DNA of 60,524 nucleotides, filler included, from Theionarchaea archaeon (lineage in GTDB: Archaea > Methanobacteriota_B > Thermococci > Methanofastidiosales > SZ-28-30), in assembly GCA_018992565.1 (NCBI GenBank). It is 5 parts of 5 records of this genome, joined end to end, with 100 filler letters (N's around TTAATTAATTAA, not from the genome) between each part and the next. Parts side by side here need not be neighbours in the genome. Positions count along the whole stretch, not along the records: positions 23,688 to 47,244 come from JACVGW010000040.1; 4 more parts are not named here. One strand, written 5' to 3'. Of the stretch, positions 29,136 through 39,948 are shown piece after piece. A program made the translations under genes and the position numbers. The number at the start of each line of letters is the position of its first letter. The stretch's first letter is position 1. A model generated the notes under the pieces. It saw only the letters and a list, made by a program, of their open reading frames with translations. It searched no databases and was not told the DNA's origin.

Positions 29136-29627
29136 ATGCAACCTGGAGCAATTTATGAGGAAAAGATTCTATCGAAAGGGATATCGATCGTACTTATCTC
29201 CATTGCTGGACTTATGCTCTTCTTAACAGTATATCAGGGTCTGGTGAAACCGCTTGGCTCAGAACCTGCTCCCAATTGGTTTTATATGATACTGTTTCTC
29301 CTGTTTTCGGGACTTGCTTTTGTCTTTGGCAGACTGACCATACGGATGACACCCTCTTCTATTTCTGTGGGGTATGGACCACTTGGACAAAGCATTAGCT
29401 GGGACAATATTGAGGACTGCTTTCTGGATGAGACCTCAACAGCAAGATATGGAGGTGCAGGTGTACGGGTGACAAGAATTGACAGCAATTGGAGGATAAT
29501 ATACAATGTTATAGAGAGTCCCCGAGTCGGTCTCTCGCTCAAGGAGGGGAGGTTCAAAGAGGTAGTGTTTTCCACGAGGCACCCCGATGATGTGATGAAG
29601 ACCATCAAGGAGTGGGCGTCCATATGA
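29136..29627 (+). CDS. Two-TM membrane protein with PH-like C-terminal domain
   Basis: GGAG SD, two TM helices, ISWDNI...YGGAGVR...FSTRHPD. Confidence 0.7.
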   Translation: MQPGAIYEEKILSKGISIVLISIAGLMLFLTVYQGLVKPLGSEPAPNWFYMILFLLFSGLAFVFGRLTIRMTPSSISVGYGPLGQSISWDNIEDCFLDETSTARYGGAGVRVTRIDSNWRIIYNVIESPRVGLSLKEGRFKEVVFSTRHPDDVMKTIKEWASI

Positions 29628-29893
29628 AGCGAATAAGCCCTTTGTTGATGATTGTGCACTGCTGGCTCATTTCTTTTGCTTTGGGATGCCTATTGAAAAT
29701 GCCTGATCCAGAACCTGTGTGAACGTATCAGGGTTTGATGAGGTTCTCTTTTGAGCTTATGGGCACCCCGGATTCTCATATTATATGTAGAACCTGGTAT
29801 GCTGGTCTATCCTGCCAGAAGATGAGGTTCTGTGGATTGCAGTGGATTGTAAATTAGTTTCTGAATTATCCACCGTAAACCGAATCCACACAT

Positions 29894-32254
29894 TCATCTA
29901 CGGAAGGCTACCATTACAATGGTGAAAGCACCTGCATAGATGAGGACCCCGGCCAGGAAGGCATAGGAAAATCCAAATGAAAAGGCTAGTATCATGCCAA
30001 TGATGCTCCCCATGACTGAACCTCCTCCATTTACAGCATACATCCAGATAACATCTTTTTCTACTTCTTTGGACACAATCCTCAGTCCCAGTGGGAAGGG
30101 CATTCCCATGAGCAAGTAGAGGGGAGACAACAGGAGAACACTGTACACCACTTTGGTGGGAATAGGATTGGGCATGAGGTAGTAGATGAGAGGAGACAAC
30201 CCCACAACGTACACCAGAGCTACCAGTAGCAGCAATGCCAACACTCTCTTTACCATTTTCCTTTCATCAGAGAATCGCCCTGTGATGAAGCTTCCTAGGC
30301 CGGAAAACACCAGCATGGAAAACAAGATCACCTGGAAGGCATAAGCCGGCTGCCCGAGGAACAAGGATAACCTCTGTATAGACACTGCCTGGATGAGCAC
30401 GTATCCAATCCCCAGCAACACAAAATATCCAATAAATGGCATCGTAATCCCGCTCTCGAATTTCAACCGTCGTTCCACGCTTACTGGCAGCACCAGGAAC
30501 AGCACAGTGAGGGCGAAGAACCCTTCCAGCATGGAGCTCAAGAAGGAGGGTGCACCCTTGTCTGTGTGATAGAAATAGGGATGATCATCAGTGGTGGGTG
30601 AAACATCTCTATTCTCTGGGACGAGATCGAGGTAGGATTCCAGGTCTATACCATTGTAGAATGGCGCATACACACACTCAAATCTGAAAACGTCAGCTTC
30701 TGCGCTGTTGGTGGCAACATAGTAGTTTCTTATGAGTGCTTCCGCCTGGGCCGCCTGTTCCAGAGTAGCATGAACAGTCTGTTCGTCGAGAGAGTTCTTG
30801 AAGATGAAGGTGTAGTCAGTCTGCCTGTAGAGGTTGGCATATCCGGAAGACATGACATGTCTGAAAATCATCATGTGTTGTTCAGGAGAGACCCCCTCTC
30901 TCTTTAATGCTTCTCTGGTGGTTGAAAATTGCCTTAGAAGCCGATAGCTAACTCCATTATCGGCGTCAAGTGCATTGTAATCATCCATGAGACTGGTTAC
31001 CAGTATCACAGCCATCCCGCGATCTGTGAGGTGGTTCCAGTAGTCCTGATTGGCCTCCACTGTGTAGACATACGTATCGGAAAAGGTCTGCACAATCGAA
31101 GAGGGAAGAATCAGAGCATCTGAGCCCAGGACTCCATTCTCGATGAGATCAAACCTTCTGTTGCAACGGTTGACATAAGTACGTCCATCTTCTACAACAT
31201 ACGTGACTTCTGGTTTCGAATAAATATCTCCAGACACATCCTTGAACACCGACAGCATCATATCCATGATGACGGGATTGATTTCCGCCCCCACAATATC
31301 AGAAGAGCCCGCCTGCATTGCCATGGCCAGTTCTACCCCTCCTCCTGATCCAATGGCAAGCACAGATTCGGGCTTTTCAAAAAACATGAAATACCTGATG
31401 TCAGTTTCATTACCTGAAAAGGGTTCATGTGATTTCAAAACAGTAACAGGATACGACCCATTGACAATGAACTGGATCTTGCCCCAGGGAAATTGAACAA
31501 CATCCACTCTGGAAGTGGGACTCCACAGGGTATACAGCACGTCAGATCCCTGTTCAACGTACGTGGCCAGGGGTTTCTTGGGAACAGGTTCCAGGTGATC
31601 TCTCATGGAGAAAGCACCTCCCAGGAGAGCCAGTACTATCACCATGAGACCCACCGTTCTTCTGGAAGGTCTCTTGAAAAACACTGATGACACCAGAGCC
31701 ACGCCACTGCAGAATATGATGACTCCCTCCACATATAAGGCAGGTACCAACAGTGAAACCAGAAAAGAGCCTGCAGCTGCTCCAATAAGATCACCAAAAT
31801 AAATATAGGAGATTTCACGCTTTGAAGCAGTGGGATAATTCAGAGCAGAGCTCAATACAATACCCGCAAAAAAGAAAGGGACTGCAGGGAGAAGGGAAAA
31901 ATACAACAAGAATATCACACTATCAGAAGAGAGCAACTCCAGATGGGTGAGGGAAAGCTGCTCAAAGAAGTCTGTCTTGCTTGCATATGAAATGGCAGCC
32001 AGGCTAATTATCATAAATATGCTGAATAACAGCGCTGCATACGACAATAATGTAAAATATTCTTTTTTCCTGGAGAGAAAATATCCAAGAATGCCGCCTA
32101 CCCCCAATCCAAACATGGCAATAGACACGATAAGATATGAGACATTAGTCCAGAACATAAACCCGAATTGATACGATAGAGATACTTCAAAGCACAGGCT
32201 GCTCAAAGAAAGGAGGAACACACCTGCAATGAATATTGATAACCGTCTATCCAT
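29894..32254 (-). CDS. Polytopic membrane protein with central spermidine-synthase-like SAM-binding domain
   Basis: IYFGDLIGAAAG, VLAIGSGGG, AEINP, EDGRTY, PTTDDHPYF and GMPFPLGL motifs. Confidence 0.82.
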   Translation of the reverse strand: MDRRLSIFIAGVFLLSLSSLCFEVSLSYQFGFMFWTNVSYLIVSIAMFGLGVGGILGYFLSRKKEYFTLLSYAALLFSIFMIISLAAISYASKTDFFEQLSLTHLELLSSDSVIFLLYFSLLPAVPFFFAGIVLSSALNYPTASKREISYIYFGDLIGAAAGSFLVSLLVPALYVEGVIIFCSGVALVSSVFFKRPSRRTVGLMVIVLALLGGAFSMRDHLEPVPKKPLATYVEQGSDVLYTLWSPTSRVDVVQFPWGKIQFIVNGSYPVTVLKSHEPFSGNETDIRYFMFFEKPESVLAIGSGGGVELAMAMQAGSSDIVGAEINPVIMDMMLSVFKDVSGDIYSKPEVTYVVEDGRTYVNRCNRRFDLIENGVLGSDALILPSSIVQTFSDTYVYTVEANQDYWNHLTDRGMAVILVTSLMDDYNALDADNGVSYRLLRQFSTTREALKREGVSPEQHMMIFRHVMSSGYANLYRQTDYTFIFKNSLDEQTVHATLEQAAQAEALIRNYYVATNSAEADVFRFECVYAPFYNGIDLESYLDLVPENRDVSPTTDDHPYFYHTDKGAPSFLSSMLEGFFALTVLFLVLPVSVERRLKFESGITMPFIGYFVLLGIGYVLIQAVSIQRLSLFLGQPAYAFQVILFSMLVFSGLGSFITGRFSDERKMVKRVLALLLLVALVYVVGLSPLIYYLMPNPIPTKVVYSVLLLSPLYLLMGMPFPLGLRIVSKEVEKDVIWMYAVNGGGSVMGSIIGMILAFSFGFSYAFLAGVLIYAGAFTIVMVAFRR

Positions 32255-32393
32255 GGGATTGAATTCAAGACTCCTTTATAAAGTTAGCCTCTTGCATGAG
32301 ACTGGAATTGCCCTGATGCAATACTCCTGGAAAAACCCGTGGTAATACCTCCTTGGACAAAAATGGAACTGATGAAAAAAGAGAAAAGAAGGG

Positions 32394-33365
32394 CTAGTTC
32401 GCCGGAGTACACACGTTAGTGACATCAATAATCCAGGTACCAGTGTAAGAACCCACTTCTTGTGGATCAGGTACAGCACCACCGAAAGTCAGTATCCTGG
32501 TACTACTGCTGGAATAGCCGAGAATCCCCGCATCTGGACTTCCTGCTTCATCTACATCTCTGTAATCATCATAGATGACTTGAGCTCCTGCGCTCAAAAC
32601 AGTCTGAACCGAGCTTTCATCTTCCACAAAGAATTGTCCCACCGGAATGGTATAGGTACCTGATGTCAGGCTGGCTCCTGTGACTGAGATATCAACTTCT
32701 CCATTTGAGACCATATTGATTACATTGTCACTGGCAACTGTGAGAGCTGCTCCTGGATCCATATTTCCGAAGTCAATAGTATTACTCTGGACTGCAAATG
32801 ACAGGAACTTGTTCACCGTAGCATCACCCTGTGCACTACTGACAGTGGGATTTGCAGAGTCAGTGACCTCAATATGATAGTGCCAGTAGTTCGTAGAGGT
32901 AGGCCGGGCAATCCCTGAAACCTGCCAATTGAGGTCGAAGGTGACATCCTTGTTATTTGGAGCAATGGTGACACTGCTGGTGGAAATATAGCTGCTGGCG
33001 ACATTTGCTGTCCAGGTTGCAGGATTGGTGAAATCAGCAACTGCTGGATTTGTCCCCGGGCTGGGATTGGTCCATGTCCAGGTGTAGTAGTTTCTGCCAT
33101 TTCCTGAACTGTCCGCGCCGTAATGGAGCTTGATTACAATGGTCTGAATGTCTGCAAGTTTGTTGCTGTCACTTACGGTGGCGTTGATGGTGTACTGTAC
33201 TTCAGGATCGATTATTAGCGGTCCCACCGTGTTGTTTGTTACTTCAGGGGCTTTGTTGTTGACTGTGACTGAAATATTCACATTTTCAGAGTCTGCTGCC
33301 ACGTTCTGTATGCTGAGTACGGCAACACCAATTATCGCAATAGCAATGAGTTTTCTTCTGTTCAT
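32394..33365 (-). CDS. Secreted beta-rich cell-surface protein
   Basis: AGGTGA SD, signal peptide MNRRKLIAIAIIGVAVLSIQNVAA, Thr/Ser/Asn-rich, ends GSYTGTWIIDV. Own TATA and T-rich terminator. Confidence 0.8.
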   Translation of the reverse strand: MNRRKLIAIAIIGVAVLSIQNVAADSENVNISVTVNNKAPEVTNNTVGPLIIDPEVQYTINATVSDSNKLADIQTIVIKLHYGADSSGNGRNYYTWTWTNPSPGTNPAVADFTNPATWTANVASSYISTSSVTIAPNNKDVTFDLNWQVSGIARPTSTNYWHYHIEVTDSANPTVSSAQGDATVNKFLSFAVQSNTIDFGNMDPGAALTVASDNVINMVSNGEVDISVTGASLTSGTYTIPVGQFFVEDESSVQTVLSAGAQVIYDDYRDVDEAGSPDAGILGYSSSSTRILTFGGAVPDPQEVGSYTGTWIIDVTNVCTPAN

Positions 33366-33836
33366 CTGATCACCTATCTTACCTATCTCTTGATTATGAT
33401 ATATAAAGTTATTTATGAAAATTCCCACTTTTAAGGTATTTTGTGAGAAGATGTGTGATGAAATGACTGTATGTGTGATTGAGTATGATTTTTTACCTGA
33501 CTTCGATTGTATCATGCGATTTTCAGGAATATTCTAAGATTGTGGACTGATCCTATCCTAATTTCTGGATCCAACGTGTGTTCATGATGGGAATGTATTC
33601 GAGCATGTGGACATACCTTATTTGGCTTTAGAGCCCCTCCAAAGAAAAGCTTTGGAGCCATGGATCGTACCAGGGGCTTTCACCGGGTTGCAGCAGAGGA
33701 GATCGCTTTCAAGAAACCTAAAATTCCCATGTCGATACTGCTGTAGACAAGTGGAATTTGTCGCATGCTGCTTTTTCTCATTCTCGCTGGTCAATCCTTC
33801 CAAAAAGCTTTTAAGCCTTGTCCGTGTACGAGGTTC

Positions 33837-34055
33837 ATGCCAGAGAAACCGTTAGATCTTATTCATGGAAATCTCGACAACAAGATATCAGTACAGCTCA
33901 AGGATGGAAGAGAGATTATAGGTGTCCTTGCAGGATATGACCTAGACTTTAACCTGACAATAGACAAAGCCACGCTAGTGGACCAAGAGGGAAGGAAGGG
34001 TCTTGGAAAAATCGTGCTGAGGCACAATAACGTGGTGTCTATAAAGCCGTTCTAG
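33837..34055 (+). CDS. Sm/Lsm family RNA-binding protein
   Basis: KPLDLI...VQLKDGREIIGVLAGYDLDFNL...VLRHNNV. Leaderless, 28 nt after TTTTAAG. Confidence 0.9.
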   Translation: MPEKPLDLIHGNLDNKISVQLKDGREIIGVLAGYDLDFNLTIDKATLVDQEGRKGLGKIVLRHNNVVSIKPF

Positions 34056-34557
34056 GGTCCTCTTGGTATGTTCCCTGGTATCCTTGCTGGGCCTTATCAG
34101 ACATTTTTATGAAGAATAACTGAAGCAAGCGCGCATTGTGCTGCAAGGAAATGCCATGAGGGTTGTACACCACAAGCAGTGAGATACTCACTCCGTGAAA
34201 TCCTGCATCCCACACTGCGCTCTCTATGGTAGCACCTGACCGCAGGAGAGACGAACGTGGCCTGCCCAGAGCCACCATGTCATGAGGAATTGTCACAATT
34301 TCATTGAAGGTTACCTTGTAACACCCTGAAGGGAGGGTAACCCAGTCGTTAACGAAAGGAATCTCTTCTGTGGAAGGTAGAACCCTCTCTTGATTGGTGA
34401 AATCAATGAACCCCTTATCGGTAAATTTTTCTACCCGCTTCAGAGTCAGATCAATCCCATTCGGAGTCAATTGCAAGGAGAGGTCCTGGATATGCGAAAG
34501 CATTCCCTTTTCAACCAACTGACTGAGAGCACTATCATTCAAGATCATAACCTTCAT
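34039..34557 (-). CDS. Archaeal dUTPase / dCTP-deaminase family protein
   Basis: PNGIDL, PRSSLLRSG, VWDAGFHG and YQGTYQ motifs. Confidence 0.9.
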   Translation of the reverse strand: MKVMILNDSALSQLVEKGMLSHIQDLSLQLTPNGIDLTLKRVEKFTDKGFIDFTNQERVLPSTEEIPFVNDWVTLPSGCYKVTFNEIVTIPHDMVALGRPRSSLLRSGATIESAVWDAGFHGVSISLLVVYNPHGISLQHNARLLQLFFIKMSDKAQQGYQGTYQEDPRTAL

Positions 34558-34589
34558 GTATCAGTACGACTTTAAATGACTTGCGAGCG

Positions 34590-35817
34590 TCACTCTTCCT
34601 TTCTTATGAGAACAATGACGAGGAGTACCATCAGTCCTCCCATGAGAAGGACGTACGTGGTGGAGATTATTTGGATTGGAAGGGAGCAGCAGTAGATATC
34701 CAAGTTCTCATTTCTTTCATCTTCCCACACCACAATATTCCCAAAAACGTCAGGGTGTTTCTGGGAGAGAGCGTTCACAGATATAGGGAATTCCTCCAGT
34801 TCTCCCAGATCATAGCCGTAAATATCTGCATTCTTATTTCGATAGTCCTCCCACACGATGGTACTGCCGTACAACGTGGGGCAATGCTTCACTGAGAGTG
34901 ATTCAATTCGTGTCTTCCTCCCCGTCTTCAGATCAATCCAGTAGACTCTCCCCAAGTTCTCCCACACAACGATAGTATTCCATGCTGAAAGGGTATCATT
35001 AGAAAGCCCTTCGTCTGCTATTCTGAACTGATGGTGCGTTTCAAGGTTCATCCCCTGAATGTCTCCATTCGATTTCCCATGGGCTTCCCACACCACAATT
35101 CCTTCCCCTATTGCTGGATTAATCTCATAATCCTCACTATCTGTAATCTGTATATATCTACCTGTAGAGAAATCATAACCACGGATGTTCCGTCCTTTCT
35201 GCTGGGCTTCTTCCCATACCACCACTGTCCCGCAAAGTGCTGGATTCTCACAGAGAGTACCGGCAGCAGTCAGACACGTTGTCTCCCCTGTAGAGAGGTT
35301 ATGTGATACAATGTGCCAGCTGTCTGGTGCTTCANNNNNNNNNNNNNNNNNNNNNNNNNNNNNNNNNNNNNNNNNNNNNNNNNNNNNNNNNNNNNNNNNN
35401 NNNNNNNNNNNNNNNNNNNNNNNNNNNNNNNNNNAGTGCTGGATTCTCACAGAGAGTACCGGCAGCAGTCAGACACGTTGTCTCCCCTGTAGAGAGGTTA
35501 TGTGATACAATGTGCCAGCTGTCTGGTGCTTCAGCCTCAACCCATACCACAATGTCCCCATAGATGTCAGGACTGAATTCAGGGAAGGAGCTGCTGGTTA
35601 TCTGGAATTCCTCCTTTGTGGACAAATTGTAACCGTATATGTCCTCGTTCCCGTTTCTTTCGTCAGTCCACACCACCAGATCCCCGCAGACTGCAGGCTG
35701 TGTCTGATCAGCTGGATGTGTGGTGACCTGGACTTCATGTGTGTCCAGCAGACTGCCAACCAGTACCAGTAAGAGCAAATATCCCAGGAGGAATACTCTG
35801 TTCGATTTTGCTGTCAT
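34590..35817 (-). CDS. Surface protein with Methanosarcina-type beta-propeller repeats and C-terminal TM anchor (split by assembly gap)
   Basis: Repeats PAxxGxxVVWxDxRNGNxDIYGY. The 99 bp 35236-35334 are duplicated at 35435-35533 across the gap, so this is one gene. Confidence 0.85.
35335..35434. other. Scaffold gap with 99-bp overlap duplication
   Basis: N run flanked by identical 99-mers. Confidence 0.97.
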
Positions 35818-35908
35818 TCATGGCTCTCCGTTAGCGCGTGTCACATGGCCTCACAACTGACCGATACATCATGCTATTCAACCAATATAAGTGTTGTGTT
35901 GATCTTTA

Positions 35909-37291
35909 CTATAATCCGTTCTCCTTCGAGGGATTATCCTGGCCATGAATTTCACAGATATCAGAGATGGCGGCTGGAGCTCCCAGCACAAGCCTTCCAT
36001 ACTCACCATCAAAACCAGGGGGATAGAACCCGAAATGGTCTTCACAGACACTGAGAAGAGCATCCAGCACCTGTGGATTGATTCCCTTCAGCGTCTCTCT
36101 GAAGGTGTCCTTGTTCATGAACCAGAGCTCGCATTCAGACTCAACTTTTTCCACTATGGTTCGATATTCTCTGAGCACTTTCTTTGCGGTGACAGAGTGC
36201 ATGTTCATTCCTCTTGCTATGATTTCAACCAGAGGAATCATGCTCGTAAATTTCCTGGGCTTCTCAGTCCTGTACGCCTCAATATTCTTCATGATACTTG
36301 TCATATCGTGTGTGCCAATGGTTACATCATGTTCTTCTCTCTCCGGCAGGTTCTCTCCAGACTGCTGCATGTGAAGCGCAATCACCCGCTCAAAGACTCC
36401 TCCCGTCAGGGTCTTGGAGCAGATAGGACATACATGGTCATGGGGTATGTGTTCGGGTGAAAAGAAGCAGTATTGTCCGTTGTGACCCTTTCTATTACCC
36501 CTGTGCCCGGTGAGAAAATAACGGCCTTCCGCAGGATTGAACTCAGCGGTGCGTACCACATTGTTCTTCCTGATAGCTGTGACAAGATGGGGAAAAGTCA
36601 ATCTAGGCAGCTCAAAGGTAGTGAATTCCCTTCCCATGCGGTGCAGATGGTGGGAGTGTGCGTCACTGTTGGATATCCAGGTTCTTGACTCCAATTCAGG
36701 AATCAGATGCAGCAGTGTGGGATCTGCGCTCAGCCCAGTTTCCACCGCAGAAATACTCTCAGCAAAGTCTCCAAAAAATTCACTGAAATAGGTAATAGGG
36801 CAATTCGATCCATATATGCCGTCTGGGGTCAATACGTGTGCAGGAATTATCTCTACATCAGGATCAATATCTTCCAGAATGTGTAGCCGGTGCGAAACAT
36901 CCTCTGGATTCTCGCATACAATGAATGGTCTCCCAATAGTGTTTTTTACTCCCCATTCCTGCAATTTCCTGCAGAAAACATCTATTGCATTAAATGATGG
37001 GAAAAGCAGCACTGTGTGAACTGACTTTCTCCTGTGATCTATCCTGGAGGTTATGATGACCTCAGTCTGGAGTACAAAGGATGTTGGTCTTTCTCTAAAG
37101 GAAAATATCCCATTTTCTGTCTCTTTCAGGTTCTTCTTCAGATAGTCCAGCCACCGGGGATGCAGACAGTCTCCTGTTCCTACCACATTTATACCCTTCA
37201 GCGACATCATGTCATCAATCCTGGCAAAGGAGATCTTGCCTACACCGCCTGCATAACCAGAGTGAGCATGAAGATCTGCATTAACCTGCAT
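35909..37291 (-). CDS. Endonuclease Q family (PHP domain + Zn ribbon)
   Basis: ADLHAHS, GTGDCLHPRW, GRP, IPAHVLTP, ETGLSAD, SNSDAHS, GRE, GRYFLTGH, CPIC and PGFDGEYG motifs. Confidence 0.88.
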   Translation of the reverse strand: MQVNADLHAHSGYAGGVGKISFARIDDMMSLKGINVVGTGDCLHPRWLDYLKKNLKETENGIFSFRERPTSFVLQTEVIITSRIDHRRKSVHTVLLFPSFNAIDVFCRKLQEWGVKNTIGRPFIVCENPEDVSHRLHILEDIDPDVEIIPAHVLTPDGIYGSNCPITYFSEFFGDFAESISAVETGLSADPTLLHLIPELESRTWISNSDAHSHHLHRMGREFTTFELPRLTFPHLVTAIRKNNVVRTAEFNPAEGRYFLTGHRGNRKGHNGQYCFFSPEHIPHDHVCPICSKTLTGGVFERVIALHMQQSGENLPEREEHDVTIGTHDMTSIMKNIEAYRTEKPRKFTSMIPLVEIIARGMNMHSVTAKKVLREYRTIVEKVESECELWFMNKDTFRETLKGINPQVLDALLSVCEDHFGFYPPGFDGEYGRLVLGAPAAISDICEIHGQDNPSKENGL

Positions 37292-37367
37292 GCACCCTGT
37301 TTGAGTGTTGTTACTTAAAGGTTCACCAGGTGGCAATGGCTGTATTGGTACTAATGTACTGGTGTCC

Positions 37368-38897
37368 CTACATTTTCAGCTTCGCCTTGTACTTGAACTG
37401 CTTCTCGTACAGTCTCCTGACCTTTTCCAGTGAATCAACGTCTTCTAGTGACTTATCGTCTCTAATTCTCTTGATGCGGGCAAACCGCAGTGCATATCCC
37501 GATGGATAGGTAGGGCTCTTCTGGATTTCATTAAAAGCAACTTCAACCACCACTTCTGGTCTGACATAGACAGTGTACATATCTTCTTCCAGCTTCAGGG
37601 CCAGAAGAGTTTCCGTGATGTTTTGAAACTGTGAATCTGTCAGCCCCTTGAAGGTCTTACCAATGACAGCCCCTTCTCTGGTGGCCAGGTGATAGTTGCT
37701 CAACCAGCCTTTTCGCCTCCCATGACCCCATTCTGCAGCCTTTATTACCAGATCCAGGGTCTCTGTGGGCTTGATCTTCAACCAGCCTTTATCCCGCTTT
37801 CCCGGCACGTACGTGCTGTTCAAGTCTTTGGCCATCAACCCCTCATGTCCTGCCTGCAGTGCCTCAGATAGGAACTCTTCAGCTTCCAGCCTGTCCTCTG
37901 TTATCAGCCTCTGAACCAGAAATGGCCCGGCAACCTCAGACAGACGTGCTGTCCTCTCCAGGTAGGTCTTGTCCATGAGGGGTTCTCCTTCAAGATAAAG
38001 GAGGTCAAAAATGTACAGCCTCAGGGGTACCTCTTCTGCTGAGGGTTCAACATCATGGATTCTCCTGAACCGTCTCAACAATTCCTGGAACGGGAGAGGT
38101 TTCCCCTTTCTCTCCGCTACCACCTCACCTTCAGTGACGCTCTCCGGGAAGTCTCTAACGAGCTGCACAATATCTGGAATTGATTCTGTGACCTCAGTTA
38201 GCCGTCTGGAGAAAATTCTCACTTTCTGTGCATTCGTATGGATCTGGATTCTGGCACCATCAAGTTTGTATTCCAGGGCCATTTTTTGTGTGATATCCTG
38301 TATGTCGCCCATCTGGGCAAGCATAGGCTTTATAGGATTGAATAGCTTTATCTGTGTAGGGAGATCCCTATGGGTGAGAGCACGGAGAGCAGTCTCCCCA
38401 AGGTCACCCAGTAAGGCGTGTGAACGCTTTACTGAGTCTGGGGACAATTTTGCAGCCTTTGCTATAGCTTCCAGGACAATACCTTCACTGGCTCCAATTC
38501 GCATCTCTCCAAAGAAGTTCTTGAGAATGTAGGCTCTTTCCTGATCTGAAGCCTGGCCCAGCAGACTTGAGACAATCCTTTCTTTTTTCTTCCTCTGGGA
38601 AGCTTTTGCTATTTCCTGAAACCTGGTGTACACATCAGTGATGGACAGTGGGTTCCAGAAGAGCGGCTGCTGCTGTGATTTCATTGCATTCTGGATAGTC
38701 TTCCAGCTGACGTCTAATGTCGTGCTGGAGGATTCTGGAAATACCTGACCTGTGATCAAGAGGACGGAGTAGGCTATCTCATCTGGGGGGACGCTCTGCA
38801 GGAATTCTGATAGGAGATGGATTTTCCTGAGCTTCTTACGTGTGGAACCCACCTGCTCACAGACATGGGCCAGTTCTGAGAATTGCACTATAACCAC
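37368..38897 (-). CDS. lig: ATP-dependent DNA ligase
   Basis: KPMLA, EYKLDGARIQ, EGLMAK, WLKIK and ALRFARI motifs. Confidence 0.96.
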   Translation of the reverse strand: MVIVQFSELAHVCEQVGSTRKKLRKIHLLSEFLQSVPPDEIAYSVLLITGQVFPESSSTTLDVSWKTIQNAMKSQQQPLFWNPLSITDVYTRFQEIAKASQRKKKERIVSSLLGQASDQERAYILKNFFGEMRIGASEGIVLEAIAKAAKLSPDSVKRSHALLGDLGETALRALTHRDLPTQIKLFNPIKPMLAQMGDIQDITQKMALEYKLDGARIQIHTNAQKVRIFSRRLTEVTESIPDIVQLVRDFPESVTEGEVVAERKGKPLPFQELLRRFRRIHDVEPSAEEVPLRLYIFDLLYLEGEPLMDKTYLERTARLSEVAGPFLVQRLITEDRLEAEEFLSEALQAGHEGLMAKDLNSTYVPGKRDKGWLKIKPTETLDLVIKAAEWGHGRRKGWLSNYHLATREGAVIGKTFKGLTDSQFQNITETLLALKLEEDMYTVYVRPEVVVEVAFNEIQKSPTYPSGYALRFARIKRIRDDKSLEDVDSLEKVRRLYEKQFKYKAKLKM

Positions 38898-39892
38898 CTC
38901 TCCAGCGAGCCACTGTTGAAGCCACGCATCCGGGTGACAAGGGTGGTTATGGTCTTTTCACTGAACCTCCGTTGTCTCAAGAAGTAACGAAGGTTGTCCT
39001 CCTGGAGGGGCGAGTATTTCAGAGAATAGGTAGTAGTGACCTCTGGGTTCAAGAATATCTCCCTGATTTCATTGTAGGAGGGGGCAACCTTCTCCTGAAT
39101 CTCAGGGGGGAGGCACTCCAGAGTTTCATACTTTCTCAAGAGGTTCAAGGCGGTCTTGGGACCAATGCCTTTGATACCTGCCGTAAAGTCATTCCCCATG
39201 AGAATTGACATATCTATCAATTGCCCTCGTGTAATGTTCAGATGATCTAAAAAATCCTTCAGAGTGATAATCTCTGGCTTATATCTCCTGGAATATCCTT
39301 TTGAGGGCAGGTATTCCTGTCCTTGGATAGTCACATAGCGAACCTGTCTTCTCGCTCCAAAGAGTAGGGTATCATAGTCTCTACTGGCTGCAGCGAAGAT
39401 ATCTCTTGTCATGTATGCTGCCTGAGCCTCTGCCTCTGAGGGAGCCTGCACCCAGGGGATGCCCATGTATGTCAGCAGTTGCTGTGCATCTCGTACCATG
39501 TCTTTTGTGAGCCTGGAAGTCATGGTGGACTTTGAATAGGCTGTGGCAAAGTCACTTTTCTTGAGTGCTTCTTCCCATTCTATTCGTGCCTTTTCCTTAA
39601 TGTCTCTCCTCTTCTGAAGTTCTATTGACTTGAGGGCAGGTGGGGTTCCATCAAAGACATATACCAGATTGATGTGGTAATCACAGAGCAATCGTGTTGC
39701 TCTGAAGGCTAACCCATGCAGATGGGAAGTAATGTTGCCTCTCCCATCGGCCAGGGGCACACCTCCCTGGGTCCTGATAAGAGCAAGAAACTGGTACAGC
39801 ACATTGTTGGCATCAAAAGCCAGCATTTTCCCTGAGAGCTGTGATAAATCTACTACTCTCTTTGTGATGATTGGAGTTAGGTTGACTCCCAT
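38888..39892 (-). CDS. fen: Flap endonuclease 1
   Basis: MGV, YQFL..IR, ITSHL, VFDG, APSEAEAQAA, DYDTLLFG and GIGPKTA, with PIP-like tail SGSLERWL. Confidence 0.95.
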   Translation of the reverse strand: MGVNLTPIITKRVVDLSQLSGKMLAFDANNVLYQFLALIRTQGGVPLADGRGNITSHLHGLAFRATRLLCDYHINLVYVFDGTPPALKSIELQKRRDIKEKARIEWEEALKKSDFATAYSKSTMTSRLTKDMVRDAQQLLTYMGIPWVQAPSEAEAQAAYMTRDIFAAASRDYDTLLFGARRQVRYVTIQGQEYLPSKGYSRRYKPEIITLKDFLDHLNITRGQLIDMSILMGNDFTAGIKGIGPKTALNLLRKYETLECLPPEIQEKVAPSYNEIREIFLNPEVTTTYSLKYSPLQEDNLRYFLRQRRFSEKTITTLVTRMRGFNSGSLERWL

Positions 39893-39948
39893 GTCTCTCC
39901 ACAGGAGAGAGTGTATAAAGGGGTTTCCACTCGTGGAGTACCTGGATG

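Noticed and set aside
35236..35533. 99-bp perfect direct repeat
   Set aside because: It flanks an N gap exactly, so it is an assembly overlap. Merging the copies restores one ORF.
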